DNA from: Patescibacteria group bacterium
GTDB taxonomy: Bacteria > Patescibacteriota > Patescibacteriia > JAXHNJ01
Direction of reading: 5' to 3'
DNA: 64,000 nucleotides
NCBI GenBank assembly: GCA_034520665.1
Contig: JAXHNJ010000001.1
Coordinates: 66,579 to 130,578, forward strand
Shown one piece after another: positions 47,603 to 58,218 of this stretch. Below the pieces are notes generated by a model. That model had not been told where the DNA came from. It made no database searches and saw nothing but the letters and a program-made list of their open reading frames with translations. A program made the position numbers and the translations under genes. How positions within the stretch are numbered: the stretch's first letter is position 1; each line of letters starts with the position of its first letter.

Positions 47603-48186
47603 ATTTAAAATCAAAAATAGAAAGCTTACTTTTTGTCAGTATCAGTCCGCTTTCGGTTAGCAAAATTGCTAAACTAGTTTCTTCAGATAAAGATAAAGTG
47701 AAGCAGTCCTTGCAAGATCTTAAAGAGAGGCTAAAGGAGGAGCAGAGAGGTATCCAGCTTATGAAGATACAAAACAGTTGGCAGCTTTCAACTAATCCGG
47801 ATAATTCTTCAATTGTTAGAGAATATTTAAAAGACGAGCAAACTGGAGAATTAACCCGGCCGGCTCTGGAAACATTAACCATAATTGCCTATCGTGGGCC
47901 TATAGCTAAATCGGAATTAGATGTTATTCGTGGAGTTAACTGCTCTTTAATTTTAAGAAATTTAATGATTAAGGGATTGGTTGAGTCTTATAAAGATAAG
48001 AGCAAGATGGATACTTTTTATAAAGTTACTTTTGAATTTTTAAAATTTTTAGGACTCTCTGAAACTAGTCATCTCCCTGATTATGAAAAACTGAATAAAG
48101 ATGAAAGTTTAGAAAAATTACTCAATCCTGAAAGTCAAAAAGAGTCTGAAAATGAAGAAAAGGAGAAAAAAAATGAAGAAGAATAA
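47599..48186 (+). CDS. scpB: Segregation and condensation protein B
   Basis: ALETLTIIAYRGP, IRGVN, FLKFLGL. Confidence 0.96.
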   Translation: MNLKSKIESLLFVSISPLSVSKIAKLVSSDKDKVKQSLQDLKERLKEEQRGIQLMKIQNSWQLSTNPDNSSIVREYLKDEQTGELTRPALETLTIIAYRGPIAKSELDVIRGVNCSLILRNLMIKGLVESYKDKSKMDTFYKVTFEFLKFLGLSETSHLPDYEKLNKDESLEKLLNPESQKESENEEKEKKNEEE

Positions 48187-48213
48187 TTATTTACATGAGG
48201 AGATAAATTTGCT

Positions 48214-48711
48214 ATGTTTAGTATAGAATGGGCTAGTTTATTTAGTTCTTTACCAGGAGAAATAAGTACGTTATTAGTAGCCATGATACCCATAGCTGAG
48301 CTAAGAGTAGCTTTACCGATGGCTCTGGGCCCTTATAAATTACCTTTATTTGAAGCTTTTATTTGGTCTTTTATCGGTAACATGATTCCTGTATTTTTTA
48401 TTTTATGGTTTTTAGAGCCGGTTTCGCGTTTTTTAATGAAAAAATCTCGCTTCTTTAACAAATTTTTTAACTGGCTTTTTGACAGAACCCGCCGGAAATT
48501 TACTAAAAATACCGAACGTTATGGTGTAGTCATTGCTTTAATATTATTTGTAGCTATTCCTTTACCTGTTACTGGGGCCTGGACTGGTTCAGTTGCTGCT
48601 TTTCTTTTTGCTGTTTCTTATAAAAAAGCCATTCTTTCCATTGCTTTAGGGGTTTTAATTGCCAGCTTTGTTGTTGGCTCCTTATATTTTGGCGCTATTA
48701 GTTTATTTTAA
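48214..48711 (+). CDS. Small multidrug export family membrane protein (COG2426-like)
   Basis: MIPIAELR, FVAIPLPVTGAWTG. Confidence 0.88.
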   Translation: MFSIEWASLFSSLPGEISTLLVAMIPIAELRVALPMALGPYKLPLFEAFIWSFIGNMIPVFFILWFLEPVSRFLMKKSRFFNKFFNWLFDRTRRKFTKNTERYGVVIALILFVAIPLPVTGAWTGSVAAFLFAVSYKKAILSIALGVLIASFVVGSLYFGAISLF

Positions 48712-48716
48712 TATTT

Positions 48717-49499
48717 ATGGCTAAAAATAAAAAATCGAAAAAAGAATTAATTATCATAGCTAATTGGAAGATGAACTTATTTTATCAGGATACTGAAGAT
48801 TTGATTATTAATCTAAGAGAAATTTTAAAAAATTATAGGGGTAAAATGGAAGTAGTTATTTGTCCCTCTTTGACCTATTTGGACCGGGCTCATGAAATAT
48901 TAATTGCTTCAAAAATTAAGCTTGGAGCCCAAAATGTTTTTTGGGAGAAAGACGGTAATTATACTGGGGAAGTTTCGCCAAAGATGTTGAAAGAACTCGG
49001 TTGCCAGTATGTAATTATCGGTCATTCAGAGAGGAGAAAATATTTGGGAGAAACTGATGAAATGGTTGATCGTAAAACTGTTAATACTTTGCGTAATCAT
49101 TTAACCCCAATAGTTTGTGTGGGTGAAACTAAAGATGAAAGAAGGCAGCAGGTTCACCAGATGGTAGTAACTGATCAGGTAAAAAAAGCCTTGCGCTATC
49201 TTAATCCTATTTTCAGGAAGGAAAGAATTATAATTGCTTATGAACCGGTCTGGTCAATATATCCGGGACAGCCTTGTTCTCCGGATGAAGCCAAAGAAAT
49301 GGCTTTAGTTATAGAGCAGGCTTTGATAGATCTCTATCCGAAAAAAGTGGTTGGAAATAATTTTAATATCATTTATGGCGGCAGTATCAATGAAAAAAAT
49401 GTTCTTGATTATATTGACCAAAAACATTTTCAGGGCGGATTAGTCGGCAATGCTTCGTTAGATCATAAAAGTTTTTATAAGATTATTAAAAAATTATAA
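48717..49499 (+). CDS. tpiA: Triosephosphate isomerase
   Basis: ANWK, GHSERR, AYEPVW, YGGS. Confidence 0.95.
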   Translation: MAKNKKSKKELIIIANWKMNLFYQDTEDLIINLREILKNYRGKMEVVICPSLTYLDRAHEILIASKIKLGAQNVFWEKDGNYTGEVSPKMLKELGCQYVIIGHSERRKYLGETDEMVDRKTVNTLRNHLTPIVCVGETKDERRQQVHQMVVTDQVKKALRYLNPIFRKERIIIAYEPVWSIYPGQPCSPDEAKEMALVIEQALIDLYPKKVVGNNFNIIYGGSINEKNVLDYIDQKHFQGGLVGNASLDHKSFYKIIKKL

Positions 49500-49508
49500 A
49501 ATAAACCT

Positions 49509-50393
49509 ATGCTTGTCTCTTTAAAAAAGTTAGTAGAACAGGCTCATCAGCATAAATACGCTGTGGGAGCTTTTAATACTTCAAATTTGGAAGTAACTCA
49601 AGGGATTATCCAGGGTGCTGTGGAAATGCAGGCCCCGGTTATTATCCAAGTCTCAGAAACCGCTATTAAATACGCTGGCTTAAAATCAATCACAGCCATT
49701 GTTGAAACTGTAGCCAAAAATGAAGCGGTTAATATTCCAGTAGCTCTTCATCTTGATCACGGTCGTAGTTTTCGAGCCGTAGCAGAATGTATAGAAGCCG
49801 GTTTTTCCTCAATCATGATTGATGCTTCAAATTTACCTTTTGACGAAAATGTAACTATTACCAAACAGTCAGTTGAGTACGCTCATAAAAAAGGTGTTTG
49901 GGCCCAAGGAGAATTAGGTAAGATTAGCGGTTCAGAAGACTATATAGTAGTTGATAAAAAAGACGCCTATTTTACTGATCCTAAAGAAGCAAAAAAATTT
50001 GCTAAGCAGACAAAAGTTGATACTCTAGCCGTTTCAGTAGGTAACGTTCATGGTATTTATAAATTACGTAAGGGTGTGCCTAAATTAAATCAAAAAAGAT
50101 TAAAAGAAATTCACCAGATAATTCCTGAAATTCCTTTAGTTTTACATGGAGCTTCTGGTTTGCCAGAAGATGCGATTATTGAAGGGGTTAAAAACGGTAT
50201 TAGAATTATTAATATTGATACCGAACTTCGTTTAGCTTTTACTGATAAATTAAGAGAAACCTTAGAAAATGATAAAAAAGAATACGATCCCAGAAAAGTT
50301 TTAAAGCCATCAACTGAGGCAGTCAAAAAAATAGTAAAAAAGAAAATCAAAATTTTTCAATCTGAAGGACAAGCTAAGAATTTTCAAAAATAA
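49509..50393 (+). CDS. fba: Fructose-bisphosphate aldolase class II
   Basis: LHLDHG, GNVHG, LVLHGASG, INIDTELR. Confidence 0.96.
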   Translation: MLVSLKKLVEQAHQHKYAVGAFNTSNLEVTQGIIQGAVEMQAPVIIQVSETAIKYAGLKSITAIVETVAKNEAVNIPVALHLDHGRSFRAVAECIEAGFSSIMIDASNLPFDENVTITKQSVEYAHKKGVWAQGELGKISGSEDYIVVDKKDAYFTDPKEAKKFAKQTKVDTLAVSVGNVHGIYKLRKGVPKLNQKRLKEIHQIIPEIPLVLHGASGLPEDAIIEGVKNGIRIINIDTELRLAFTDKLRETLENDKKEYDPRKVLKPSTEAVKKIVKKKIKIFQSEGQAKNFQK

Positions 50394-50414
50394 TTAACTA
50401 TTAATTATAAATAT

Positions 50415-51425
50415 ATGAGTAAAAAAATTGCCATCAATGGATTTGGTCGTATAGGCCGAACCACCTTAAAAATTTTAATTGAAAAAAAAGATGTAGAAAT
50501 TGTAGCGGTTAATGATTTAACTGATGTGAAAACATTAGCTCATCTTTTAAAATATGATTCTTCTTACGGCATTTATAATCATGAGGTAGATTTTAAGGAG
50601 AAAAAACTAATAATTGATGGAAATAAAATAAAAGTAATTTCAGAAAAAGATCCCGAAAATTTACCCTGGGATAAACTGGATATTGACATAGTTTTAGAAT
50701 GCACTGGAATTTTTCGTGATTTTGAAGGAGCTAATAAACATATAAAAGCCGGAGCTAAAAAAGTAATAATTTCAGCCCCGGCTAGGAGTGAAAATATAAA
50801 AACTTTTGTTTTAGGGGTAAATGATGATGATTATGAACCCGATAAGGACAAAATTATATCTAATGCTTCTTGTACCACTAATTGTTTAACTCCTCTAGTG
50901 CATGTTTTAAATAAAGCTTTTGGTATTGATAAGGGATTAATGACTACTGTACATAGCTATACTAGTGATCAAAAACTTCAAGATTTGCCTCATAAGGATT
51001 TAAGGAGAGCTAGGGCTGCGGCTTTAAATATTATTCCTACCTCTACTGGTGCGGCTAAAACTACTACCAAAATAATTACCGAACTTGATAAAAAAATTGA
51101 CGGTCTAGCTTTTCGAGTACCGACACCAGTTGTGTCAGTAGTTGACTTTGTTTGTTTATTAAAGAAGGAAACTACTAAAGAGGAAATTGATAAAGCTTTT
51201 ATAGAGGCCTCTAAAAGCAAAAAATTAAAAGGAATTTTAGGAGTTTCCAATGAAGGTTTAGTTTCTATGGATTATAAGGGCAATCCCTTTTCCTCAATTA
51301 TTGATTTACCTTTAACAAATGTGGTTGGTGGTAATTTAATAAAAATAGTAGCTTGGTATGATAATGAATGGGGCTACGCTACTCGTTTAGCAGAATTATG
51401 TCAGCTAGTTAGTAAAAAAATATAA
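50415..51425 (+). CDS. gap: Glyceraldehyde-3-phosphate dehydrogenase type I
   Basis: INGFGRIGR, ASCTTNCL, WYDNEWGY. Confidence 0.98.
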   Translation: MSKKIAINGFGRIGRTTLKILIEKKDVEIVAVNDLTDVKTLAHLLKYDSSYGIYNHEVDFKEKKLIIDGNKIKVISEKDPENLPWDKLDIDIVLECTGIFRDFEGANKHIKAGAKKVIISAPARSENIKTFVLGVNDDDYEPDKDKIISNASCTTNCLTPLVHVLNKAFGIDKGLMTTVHSYTSDQKLQDLPHKDLRRARAAALNIIPTSTGAAKTTTKIITELDKKIDGLAFRVPTPVVSVVDFVCLLKKETTKEEIDKAFIEASKSKKLKGILGVSNEGLVSMDYKGNPFSSIIDLPLTNVVGGNLIKIVAWYDNEWGYATRLAELCQLVSKKI

Positions 51426-51464
51426 TTAATAATTATTTTTAATAGGGAAGGAGGTGAAAAGTTA

Positions 51465-51644
51465 ATGTTTAAACTTAATAACAAAATATTAGTTGAATGT
51501 TTTTGGTGGTTTGGCTTAGTTTGTGCTTTATTTGGTATAGTTACTGAAATTTCAGGGCAACAAGTTTATCTTTCCTCTTATTTTTATTTAGAAGTAGCAG
51601 TAGTTGCTTTTTTAGCCGGTGTTTTTACCAAGATAAAAGATTAA
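51465..51644 (+). CDS. Small 2-TM membrane protein (59 aa, not in ORF track)
   Basis: SD AAGGAGGTG; MFKLNNKILVECFWWFGLVCALFG..AFLAGVFTKIKD. Confidence 0.7.
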   Translation: MFKLNNKILVECFWWFGLVCALFGIVTEISGQQVYLSSYFYLEVAVVAFLAGVFTKIKD

Positions 51645-51744
51645 TAAACAAGAATAGTATTATTTTTATATTTTCTTCAGATCATAAGAAAGCGGTTTAT
51701 TGACTGATTAGAAAAAAAATGTTATTTTCTATGTTATAAAACAG

Positions 51745-51819
51745 GCCGCTTTCGTCTAGCTTGGTTTAGGACGCATCCCTCTCACGGATGAAACACGGGT
51801 TCAAATCCCGTAGGCGGTA
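51745..51819 (+). tRNA. tRNA-Glu(CTC), no encoded CCA
   Basis: GCCGCTT/AGGCGGT acceptor, CATCC-CTCTCAC-GGATG anticodon arm, ACGGG-TTCAAAT-CCCGT. Confidence 0.93.
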
Positions 51820-52027
51820 TTTCAAATTTGTTGTGATTTTTTCACCAGTTACTATAAGTTAATTTATATTATATTAAAAAATTGCTTAGGCCATAGATTA
51901 TTGAGGGAGAAACTATATTATATTCAAGTACTTTAAAGCTTTTTTTCTAATTTATAAATGATATATTTTTAATTAAACTTTAAATCTTATTTAAACTATC
52001 TGTTAAAAAAAAGATAGTTTTAATTTT

Positions 52028-53140
52028 ATGAAAATTGCTATAATTACACAAAGCTATTATCCGGTTAAAGGAGGGGTGGCCGAACACGTTCACGCTCTTT
52101 CTGGAGAGTTAGAAAAAAGAGGGCATGAAGTAGTGATAATAACCGGTAATTTTACCGGCTTTGATGATAATTTTGGCCGTAATGTTATTCGTATCGGCCG
52201 TGACCTGACAATTTTAGCTAACGGCGCTTTCTGCAATGTTACGATTAGCCTACAGTTTAAGAAACTTTTGGAAAAAATTGAAAAAAAAGAAAAATTTGAT
52301 GTTGTTCATATCCATCAGCCGATTGACCCAGTATTGCCACTTCTGGCCACTAAATATTTAAAAGCTCCAAAAGTCGGCACTTTCCATACCTATCAGAAGA
52401 AAAACTTTTGGCTGGAAATGTTAAAAGAGCCAGCCGAGCCTTATTTCAAAAGGCTAAAGGCTCTAATTGCTGTTTCCAGTTCAGCCCGGCAGTTTATTTC
52501 GCAGTATTATAAGGCTGATTATCATATTATACCTAACGGTATAGATACCAAACGTTTTTCTCCTGAAGTTAAGCCAATGGAGCAATATAAAAATGACAAA
52601 GATTTTAAAATTCTTTTTTTGGGTCGTATGGATCCAAGAAAGGGTTTTAAATATTTATTAAGAGCTTTTCCTTTAATCTATCAGAAAATTACTAATGTTA
52701 AAATAATAGTAGTTGGTGGCGGTATTATGAAGCATTGGTATAAAATGGCTCTGCCTTCTGAATTATCGCCAAGAGTGGATTATCACGGTTTTGTGCCCAA
52801 TGATCAGGTACCGCGTTTTTATGCTGCCTGTGATTTGTACTGTTCACCAGCTACTAGGGGTGAAAGCTTTGGTATTGTATTATTAGAGGCCATGGCTTCG
52901 GGTAAACCGGTGGTGGCTTCAAATATCCATGGGTATAACTCTATAGTCAAGGACGGTCAGACCGGATTTCTGGTCGAAAAGAAAAACCCTCTAGCTTTAG
53001 CGGAATCTATTATTAAATTGGCAAAAAATAAAGAGATGAGAAATAATATGGAAAAGTTTGCAAGAGAAGAAGCTTTAAAGTATGACTGGAAGAAGGTGAC
53101 CGATCGGATAGAGAGAGTTTATAAAGAAGTTTTAAGCTAA
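52028..53140 (+). CDS. GT4 glycosyltransferase (PimA-like)
   Basis: GGVAEHV, IPNGID, GESFGIVLLEAMASG. Confidence 0.93.
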   Translation: MKIAIITQSYYPVKGGVAEHVHALSGELEKRGHEVVIITGNFTGFDDNFGRNVIRIGRDLTILANGAFCNVTISLQFKKLLEKIEKKEKFDVVHIHQPIDPVLPLLATKYLKAPKVGTFHTYQKKNFWLEMLKEPAEPYFKRLKALIAVSSSARQFISQYYKADYHIIPNGIDTKRFSPEVKPMEQYKNDKDFKILFLGRMDPRKGFKYLLRAFPLIYQKITNVKIIVVGGGIMKHWYKMALPSELSPRVDYHGFVPNDQVPRFYAACDLYCSPATRGESFGIVLLEAMASGKPVVASNIHGYNSIVKDGQTGFLVEKKNPLALAESIIKLAKNKEMRNNMEKFAREEALKYDWKKVTDRIERVYKEVLS

Positions 53141-53144
53141 AAAA

Positions 53145-55028
53145 ATGCCTAAAAAAAAGCATAAAATAATTAAATTAATTTTATGGAGCTTTATTTCTCT
53201 AGTTCTTTTTTTTAGTATTTTGTATTTTTCCTTTGTCTTAGTTATTACGCCATCCCCCCAGCCGAAATTTATACCAAGCCAAAATAATTTGAAAGTAAAT
53301 AAAGCGGTTGAATTTGATTTTAATATACCCATAGCCAGAGAAGTGAAAGTTGATATTGAGCCAGAAACTTTAGGGGTGGTTAGTTATGAAAATAAATTAA
53401 TTAATAATCATTTATCACGGACAATAGTTTTTACTCCGGAATATAATTGGCAGGCTGAAACAAATTATAAAATTACTCTTTCTAATCTTAGAAATGCTTT
53501 GCCTGGTTTTCGTTCTTCAAAAACATACAGTTTTAATTTTCAGACCGAGAAATTGCCAAGTATTAAAAAAGTTTCTCCTTCACAAAAGGAAAAAATAGAA
53601 CTGCTTAAATATTTTACCATTGAATTTGATAAAAAACCGAAAAATTTAGCTGAATATTATTTTGAGTTTGATCCTCAAATAAGTTTTACTAAGGAAATCA
53701 GCCAGGATGGAAAAATTCACACTCTTAAACCTAATCTTCTGCTTTCACAAGGCACAGAATATAATCTAACAATAAAAAGAAGTAAAATTAGAAAAATCTT
53801 TTGCCAAGAAGAAATAGTAGAATGTTTACAAAAAGAAACTGTTTGGCTGGGATCCTGGACAGTTCAGGAGGCTCCTTATATTAATAATTTTTATCCCAAG
53901 GGTGATAAGGTTGACTTAGACAGCCAGATAAAAATAAATTTTAGTCAGGAAGTTGATTTGAATTCATTCCTAGAAAAAGTGAAAATCTCTCCTGAATTAT
54001 CCGGTCAGTGGACGACCAGTGATAATCTTACTTTTATTTTCGAGCCGGAAAACATGGTTAAGGATATGAAATATGAAGTGCTAATTTTAAAAGATTTAAA
54101 AACAAAAAACGGCGGATATTTTGAGGAGAATTCTCTTCATAGTTTTACTACCAAAGGACCGGTAAAAATGATAAATTCTTTTCCGCAGGCCGGAGATACT
54201 GGTATTTTAGTAAATAGTCCTATAAAAACTACTTTTAGCGGTTCAGTTGATCACTCTTCAGCTCAAAACCATTTTTTAATAGAGCCGGCTATTGAAGGTG
54301 ATTTTTCCTGGGATAACAATACTATGATATTTATACCAAGGCAGAGTTTAGATTTTAATAAAACCTACACCATCTCTTTAAGTCCGGGTATTGTTTCCCA
54401 TGAATTATATGATTCTGAAAGTGAGTTTAATTTTAGTTTTTCTACTGAATTATCAACAACTAAACTTGAGGTGTCTTTTCACCGTCAGGAACATAATCTA
54501 TCCTGTGAAGTAGCCACTTTAGTTATGGCTTTAAATTATAAAGGGGTTAATGTAGGCGAAGCAGAATTAATTAATTTAATTGGTTTTGATCCGACTCCAA
54601 AACAAAACGGAATTTGGGGTAATCCGCACATTGCTTTTGTTGGTGATATTGATGGACTTCAGCCATCTACTGGTTATGGAGTTTATTGGCAGCCGATTGC
54701 CGCCGCCGGACAGAATTACCGCCCCACCCGCTGGTTCACCGATGGCCGCTTGGAAACTATTACTAGTGAAATAAAAAAAGGCAACCCAGTGATTATCTGG
54801 GGCACCGCTGGTACCGGCCGGAGAATAGACTGGAAAACTACTTCCGGTGGTAATGTAGTGGCAGTTACTGGCGAACATACTATGGTGGTCACCGGATTTA
54901 TCGGCTCAGCTTCCAACCCCACCCGCATTATCGTACTCGATCCGCTTTACGGCGAAAAAACCTTTAGCCAGTCTTCTTTTTTATGGAACTGGGGCCTTTT
55001 AAATCGTAGCGGGGTAGTGGTTGAGTAG
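53145..55028 (+). CDS. Membrane-anchored Ig-like repeat protein with C39-like peptidase domain
   Basis: TM, repeated Ig-like units, QEHNLSCE..EHTMVV..LDP. Confidence 0.85.
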   Translation: MPKKKHKIIKLILWSFISLVLFFSILYFSFVLVITPSPQPKFIPSQNNLKVNKAVEFDFNIPIAREVKVDIEPETLGVVSYENKLINNHLSRTIVFTPEYNWQAETNYKITLSNLRNALPGFRSSKTYSFNFQTEKLPSIKKVSPSQKEKIELLKYFTIEFDKKPKNLAEYYFEFDPQISFTKEISQDGKIHTLKPNLLLSQGTEYNLTIKRSKIRKIFCQEEIVECLQKETVWLGSWTVQEAPYINNFYPKGDKVDLDSQIKINFSQEVDLNSFLEKVKISPELSGQWTTSDNLTFIFEPENMVKDMKYEVLILKDLKTKNGGYFEENSLHSFTTKGPVKMINSFPQAGDTGILVNSPIKTTFSGSVDHSSAQNHFLIEPAIEGDFSWDNNTMIFIPRQSLDFNKTYTISLSPGIVSHELYDSESEFNFSFSTELSTTKLEVSFHRQEHNLSCEVATLVMALNYKGVNVGEAELINLIGFDPTPKQNGIWGNPHIAFVGDIDGLQPSTGYGVYWQPIAAAGQNYRPTRWFTDGRLETITSEIKKGNPVIIWGTAGTGRRIDWKTTSGGNVVAVTGEHTMVVTGFIGSASNPTRIIVLDPLYGEKTFSQSSFLWNWGLLNRSGVVVE

Positions 55029-55035
55029 GAGGGAG

Positions 55036-55200
55036 TTAGTTAATTAGTTAGGTAGTTAATTGGTTGATTAGTTTTAGCTAGTGGCAAATCCTTTCGTATC
55101 TTTACCAGACTTGTCTTTGTGGAATTTAAATAGTTAATTGGTTGATTAGTTGATTAGTGATTAACTAATTAATTATATAGACCCATAGTTGATTGCTTAA
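55036..55200. repeat. Degenerate octamer arrays (AGTTRATT, reverse of AATYAACT)
   Basis: agttaatt agttaggt agttaatt ggttgatt; agttaatt ggttgatt agttgatt. Confidence 0.6.
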
Positions 55201-55269
55201 ATAAAAGGAATCTGTTGACAAAAATGGCAAAATTTATTATTATTTACTATCAATAAAGTATTTATTTGT

Positions 55270-57246
55270 ATGAACAATCAAGAAAAAGATATGTCTTCTG
55301 TTTGCCCTCATTGTGGTTACCCACTAGAAATTAAAGAGCATTCACCTGACTGTCCGAATAATCCGGCTAATCAAAAAGAGGATGGGGAGAAATCATCTGA
55401 AAGTCAGGTTGACGAATCTGAACTGCGTTTATTTAGCCGTGAAAATTTGCCTGAGGAAAGAAAAAGATTGGCCGAAGAATTATTGGAAATGCGCCGTCTT
55501 TATTACGAACAGAAAAAGGCGGTTGAAAATAAATTGTCTGAAATTAGATTTTTAATAGAAAGAAAAACTGAAGAGATCGATGATTTAGAAAGAAAACAAA
55601 ATGAATTAGAACAAATTGCTAGTGATAAAAATAAAACGCTTTTTTCTCGCCTGTGGCAGCATAGTACTATCAGAGGTATTGATTCTCAGCTTGAAAGTGT
55701 GCAGTCTGGAATTGAAGATCGAAAAGAAGCTATTGGTGAATTAATAAGAAGTCAAGAAGAGGTAGAGCAAAATCTGGGGGATAAAAAGTTAATAGAAGAG
55801 TCTCGGAGGCGAGTAGACAATTTTTATAAAAGCCACATCGAAGATTTTCTAGAACACCAAGAGAAAAAAAGAATTGAAGAATTAGAAAGATTTGAAAAAG
55901 AAGAAAAATTAAGGCAGGTTGAAAGAATAGCCAGAGATCATAAAGGGGCATTTTTACACGGGATCATGAATAAACACGCCCCGGGTACTAATTCATTATT
56001 ACAGAACGGGACTTCCTTTGAAACTAAATTAAAACTGGCTATTGGGCTCGAACCCACTCTTTCAACTTCAGTGATCCAAAAAGGTGATAGCCCTAAAGCC
56101 ACCTGGGCCCGAATGGGAGTGGTTATTAGTGAGGGTCGGGTTGACTCAGCCAGTTCACAGGACTCAGCCACAGTAGCCAAAAGTTTATCAAAAAGAACAG
56201 TCGGAGCCGGTTCGGAAAAAATTGCCGATATCGAAACAAGCGTTCGCGGTAAGTCTTCCACTGATTATAATGAATTTGTAGTCTCTAGCCCTAAGATTGC
56301 TGGCATGTATTATTCTCCCGAACATCATGGTTTAAAATCAAGTATTTCTGAAGATGAATTTTTTTCTCTAGCAAAAAACTTAGAACTTCCTACCTATGTA
56401 GTTAAGAGTGGAGAATTATTTGAAATTAGTCTTGATGAAGAAAGTGGAGAATTAATAATTGGCGATTCGGTTGATCCGGAAAAAATCAAAGAAAATGCAA
56501 AAATATTTTCTGAGGAAGAGAAAGATAATATTTTAACTGAAACCCTTGAGAACGATATGCCTTTTCGGGTCGAAAGTATTTTACCGGAAGCAAGACTACT
56601 TAGTTCTCGTTCAAATGGCATAGAATTATATTTGCAATTACAGCAAAATAAACTCGATACAAAAAATTTAGGCGAAAAAGTGTCAGTTGAATCACTTGGT
56701 CTTTATCCTGATGCTGTAAAAGGGAAGCTAGTTGGCGGTAAAGTTAAAGTAATACAGGAAGTTAAATTTCCTGGAGGAGCTACCATCAGATATTTTGAAA
56801 ATAACGGAATAATTTATCAACAGGAATGGGATTATAATAAAGGTGAATTTAGCCGTAATTTCCGCCAGCCAGAAGATCCTAATCATTTTGCTAGCGAATA
56901 TATTAGAATTTCGCAAAATACCATGAAACTAGACAAAAAGATTAGAAAACCAGAGAATTACCTTGCAGGTATGGAAAAATGTGTTAGGCAAGCATTAGAA
57001 AGATATAATAATATTGATGATCAAGATAAAGAAAATAAAGAATTTTATCATGAATTATTAGGACGATTAGCTTTTCATTTACATGGCTTTGCTGAAACAG
57101 CCGAGCGCTATGGAAATAAAGAAAGCAGTGAGAAAGCCTTAGCTATTGCTGAAAAAATTATCTCTGATGATGATTATCAAGAAATGCTTGAGAGACGTAT
57201 AGATAATAAGGGTAATTTTAAGATTTCTAGAGAAGATTTAGAATAA
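55270..57246 (+). CDS. Hypothetical protein: Zn-ribbon, coiled coil, possible ART-like domain
   Basis: CPHCG..HSPDC; long coiled coil; FLHG..LSTS..YNEFVV. Confidence 0.8.
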   Translation: MNNQEKDMSSVCPHCGYPLEIKEHSPDCPNNPANQKEDGEKSSESQVDESELRLFSRENLPEERKRLAEELLEMRRLYYEQKKAVENKLSEIRFLIERKTEEIDDLERKQNELEQIASDKNKTLFSRLWQHSTIRGIDSQLESVQSGIEDRKEAIGELIRSQEEVEQNLGDKKLIEESRRRVDNFYKSHIEDFLEHQEKKRIEELERFEKEEKLRQVERIARDHKGAFLHGIMNKHAPGTNSLLQNGTSFETKLKLAIGLEPTLSTSVIQKGDSPKATWARMGVVISEGRVDSASSQDSATVAKSLSKRTVGAGSEKIADIETSVRGKSSTDYNEFVVSSPKIAGMYYSPEHHGLKSSISEDEFFSLAKNLELPTYVVKSGELFEISLDEESGELIIGDSVDPEKIKENAKIFSEEEKDNILTETLENDMPFRVESILPEARLLSSRSNGIELYLQLQQNKLDTKNLGEKVSVESLGLYPDAVKGKLVGGKVKVIQEVKFPGGATIRYFENNGIIYQQEWDYNKGEFSRNFRQPEDPNHFASEYIRISQNTMKLDKKIRKPENYLAGMEKCVRQALERYNNIDDQDKENKEFYHELLGRLAFHLHGFAETAERYGNKESSEKALAIAEKIISDDDYQEMLERRIDNKGNFKISREDLE

Positions 57247-57280
57247 TATTTATCAAGATATATAATAACTTAGTAAATTT

Positions 57281-58057
57281 ATGAAAAAAAGAACCTCCAC
57301 TATAATACTATTACTACTTTTCGCTTCTTTAATCTGGTTTGGCCGGCATCAGATATTAGATGTTTTGGATTCCTGGACAGCTGAACCGATTCCGGAGGTA
57401 ACTCCTAAAGATGAGGTTATCAAAAACGAAAATACTAATGAGAATTTAAATACTAATCAAGCCCCGGAACCAGTGGTTTTGCCCGATGAATTTAATTTGA
57501 ACGTACCCTTTACTACTCAATCACCGTATGCTGAATGGACCGAGCAGGATAATGAATCTTGCGAAGAAGCGGCTCTTTTAATTACTCATTATTATTGGCA
57601 GGACAAAGCTTTTACTAAAGAAATTGCTAAGCAGGAACTGCAAAAAATAGTTGATTTTGAAATGGATTATTTTGGTTATTATAAAGATACGACAGCTGAA
57701 GAAACTGCTGAATTAGCCCAGCAAATGTGGGGTTATGACAAAGTTGAAGTTATTTCAGATTTTACTATGGAAGACATTAAAAAGCATGTTTATCAGGGCC
57801 GGCCAGTTATTTTACCAACCGCCGGACGCATGCTGGATAATCCAAATTTTCGCAGTCCGGGACCTCTATACCACATGCTGGTGGTGAGGGGCTGGAACAA
57901 AGATAATATTATCACTAATGATCCGGGTACTCGCAAAGGGGAAAATTTTCAATACACCCCGGAAAATTTATACAAGGCTATTCATGACTGGAATGACGGT
58001 GATCCAGTCAATGGCCAGAAAGTCATTATTGTCATCTATGGAGAAAATAGTACTTAA
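57281..58057 (+). CDS. Membrane-anchored C39-like cysteine peptidase
   Basis: VPFTTQSP..SCEEA, YHMLVVRG, ITNDPGT. Confidence 0.88.
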   Translation: MKKRTSTIILLLLFASLIWFGRHQILDVLDSWTAEPIPEVTPKDEVIKNENTNENLNTNQAPEPVVLPDEFNLNVPFTTQSPYAEWTEQDNESCEEAALLITHYYWQDKAFTKEIAKQELQKIVDFEMDYFGYYKDTTAEETAELAQQMWGYDKVEVISDFTMEDIKKHVYQGRPVILPTAGRMLDNPNFRSPGPLYHMLVVRGWNKDNIITNDPGTRKGENFQYTPENLYKAIHDWNDGDPVNGQKVIIVIYGENST

Positions 58058-58065
58058 AATTATTG

Positions 58066-58138
58066 GCTGCCGAATAAACGGAACTACTATTTAATTTTTT
58101 AATTAGGGAGTGGACGAATTTTATTCGGCGGCTTTTTT
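58066..58138 (+). terminator. Long hairpin terminator
   Basis: gctgccgaataaa...tttattcggcggc followed by T-run. Confidence 0.6.
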
Positions 58139-58218
58139 ATTTGCTTTATTTTAACTTATAGGCTACACTTGTGAATAAGTATGAAATTTCATACTTTTCA
58201 TATTAATGATTATTTATT

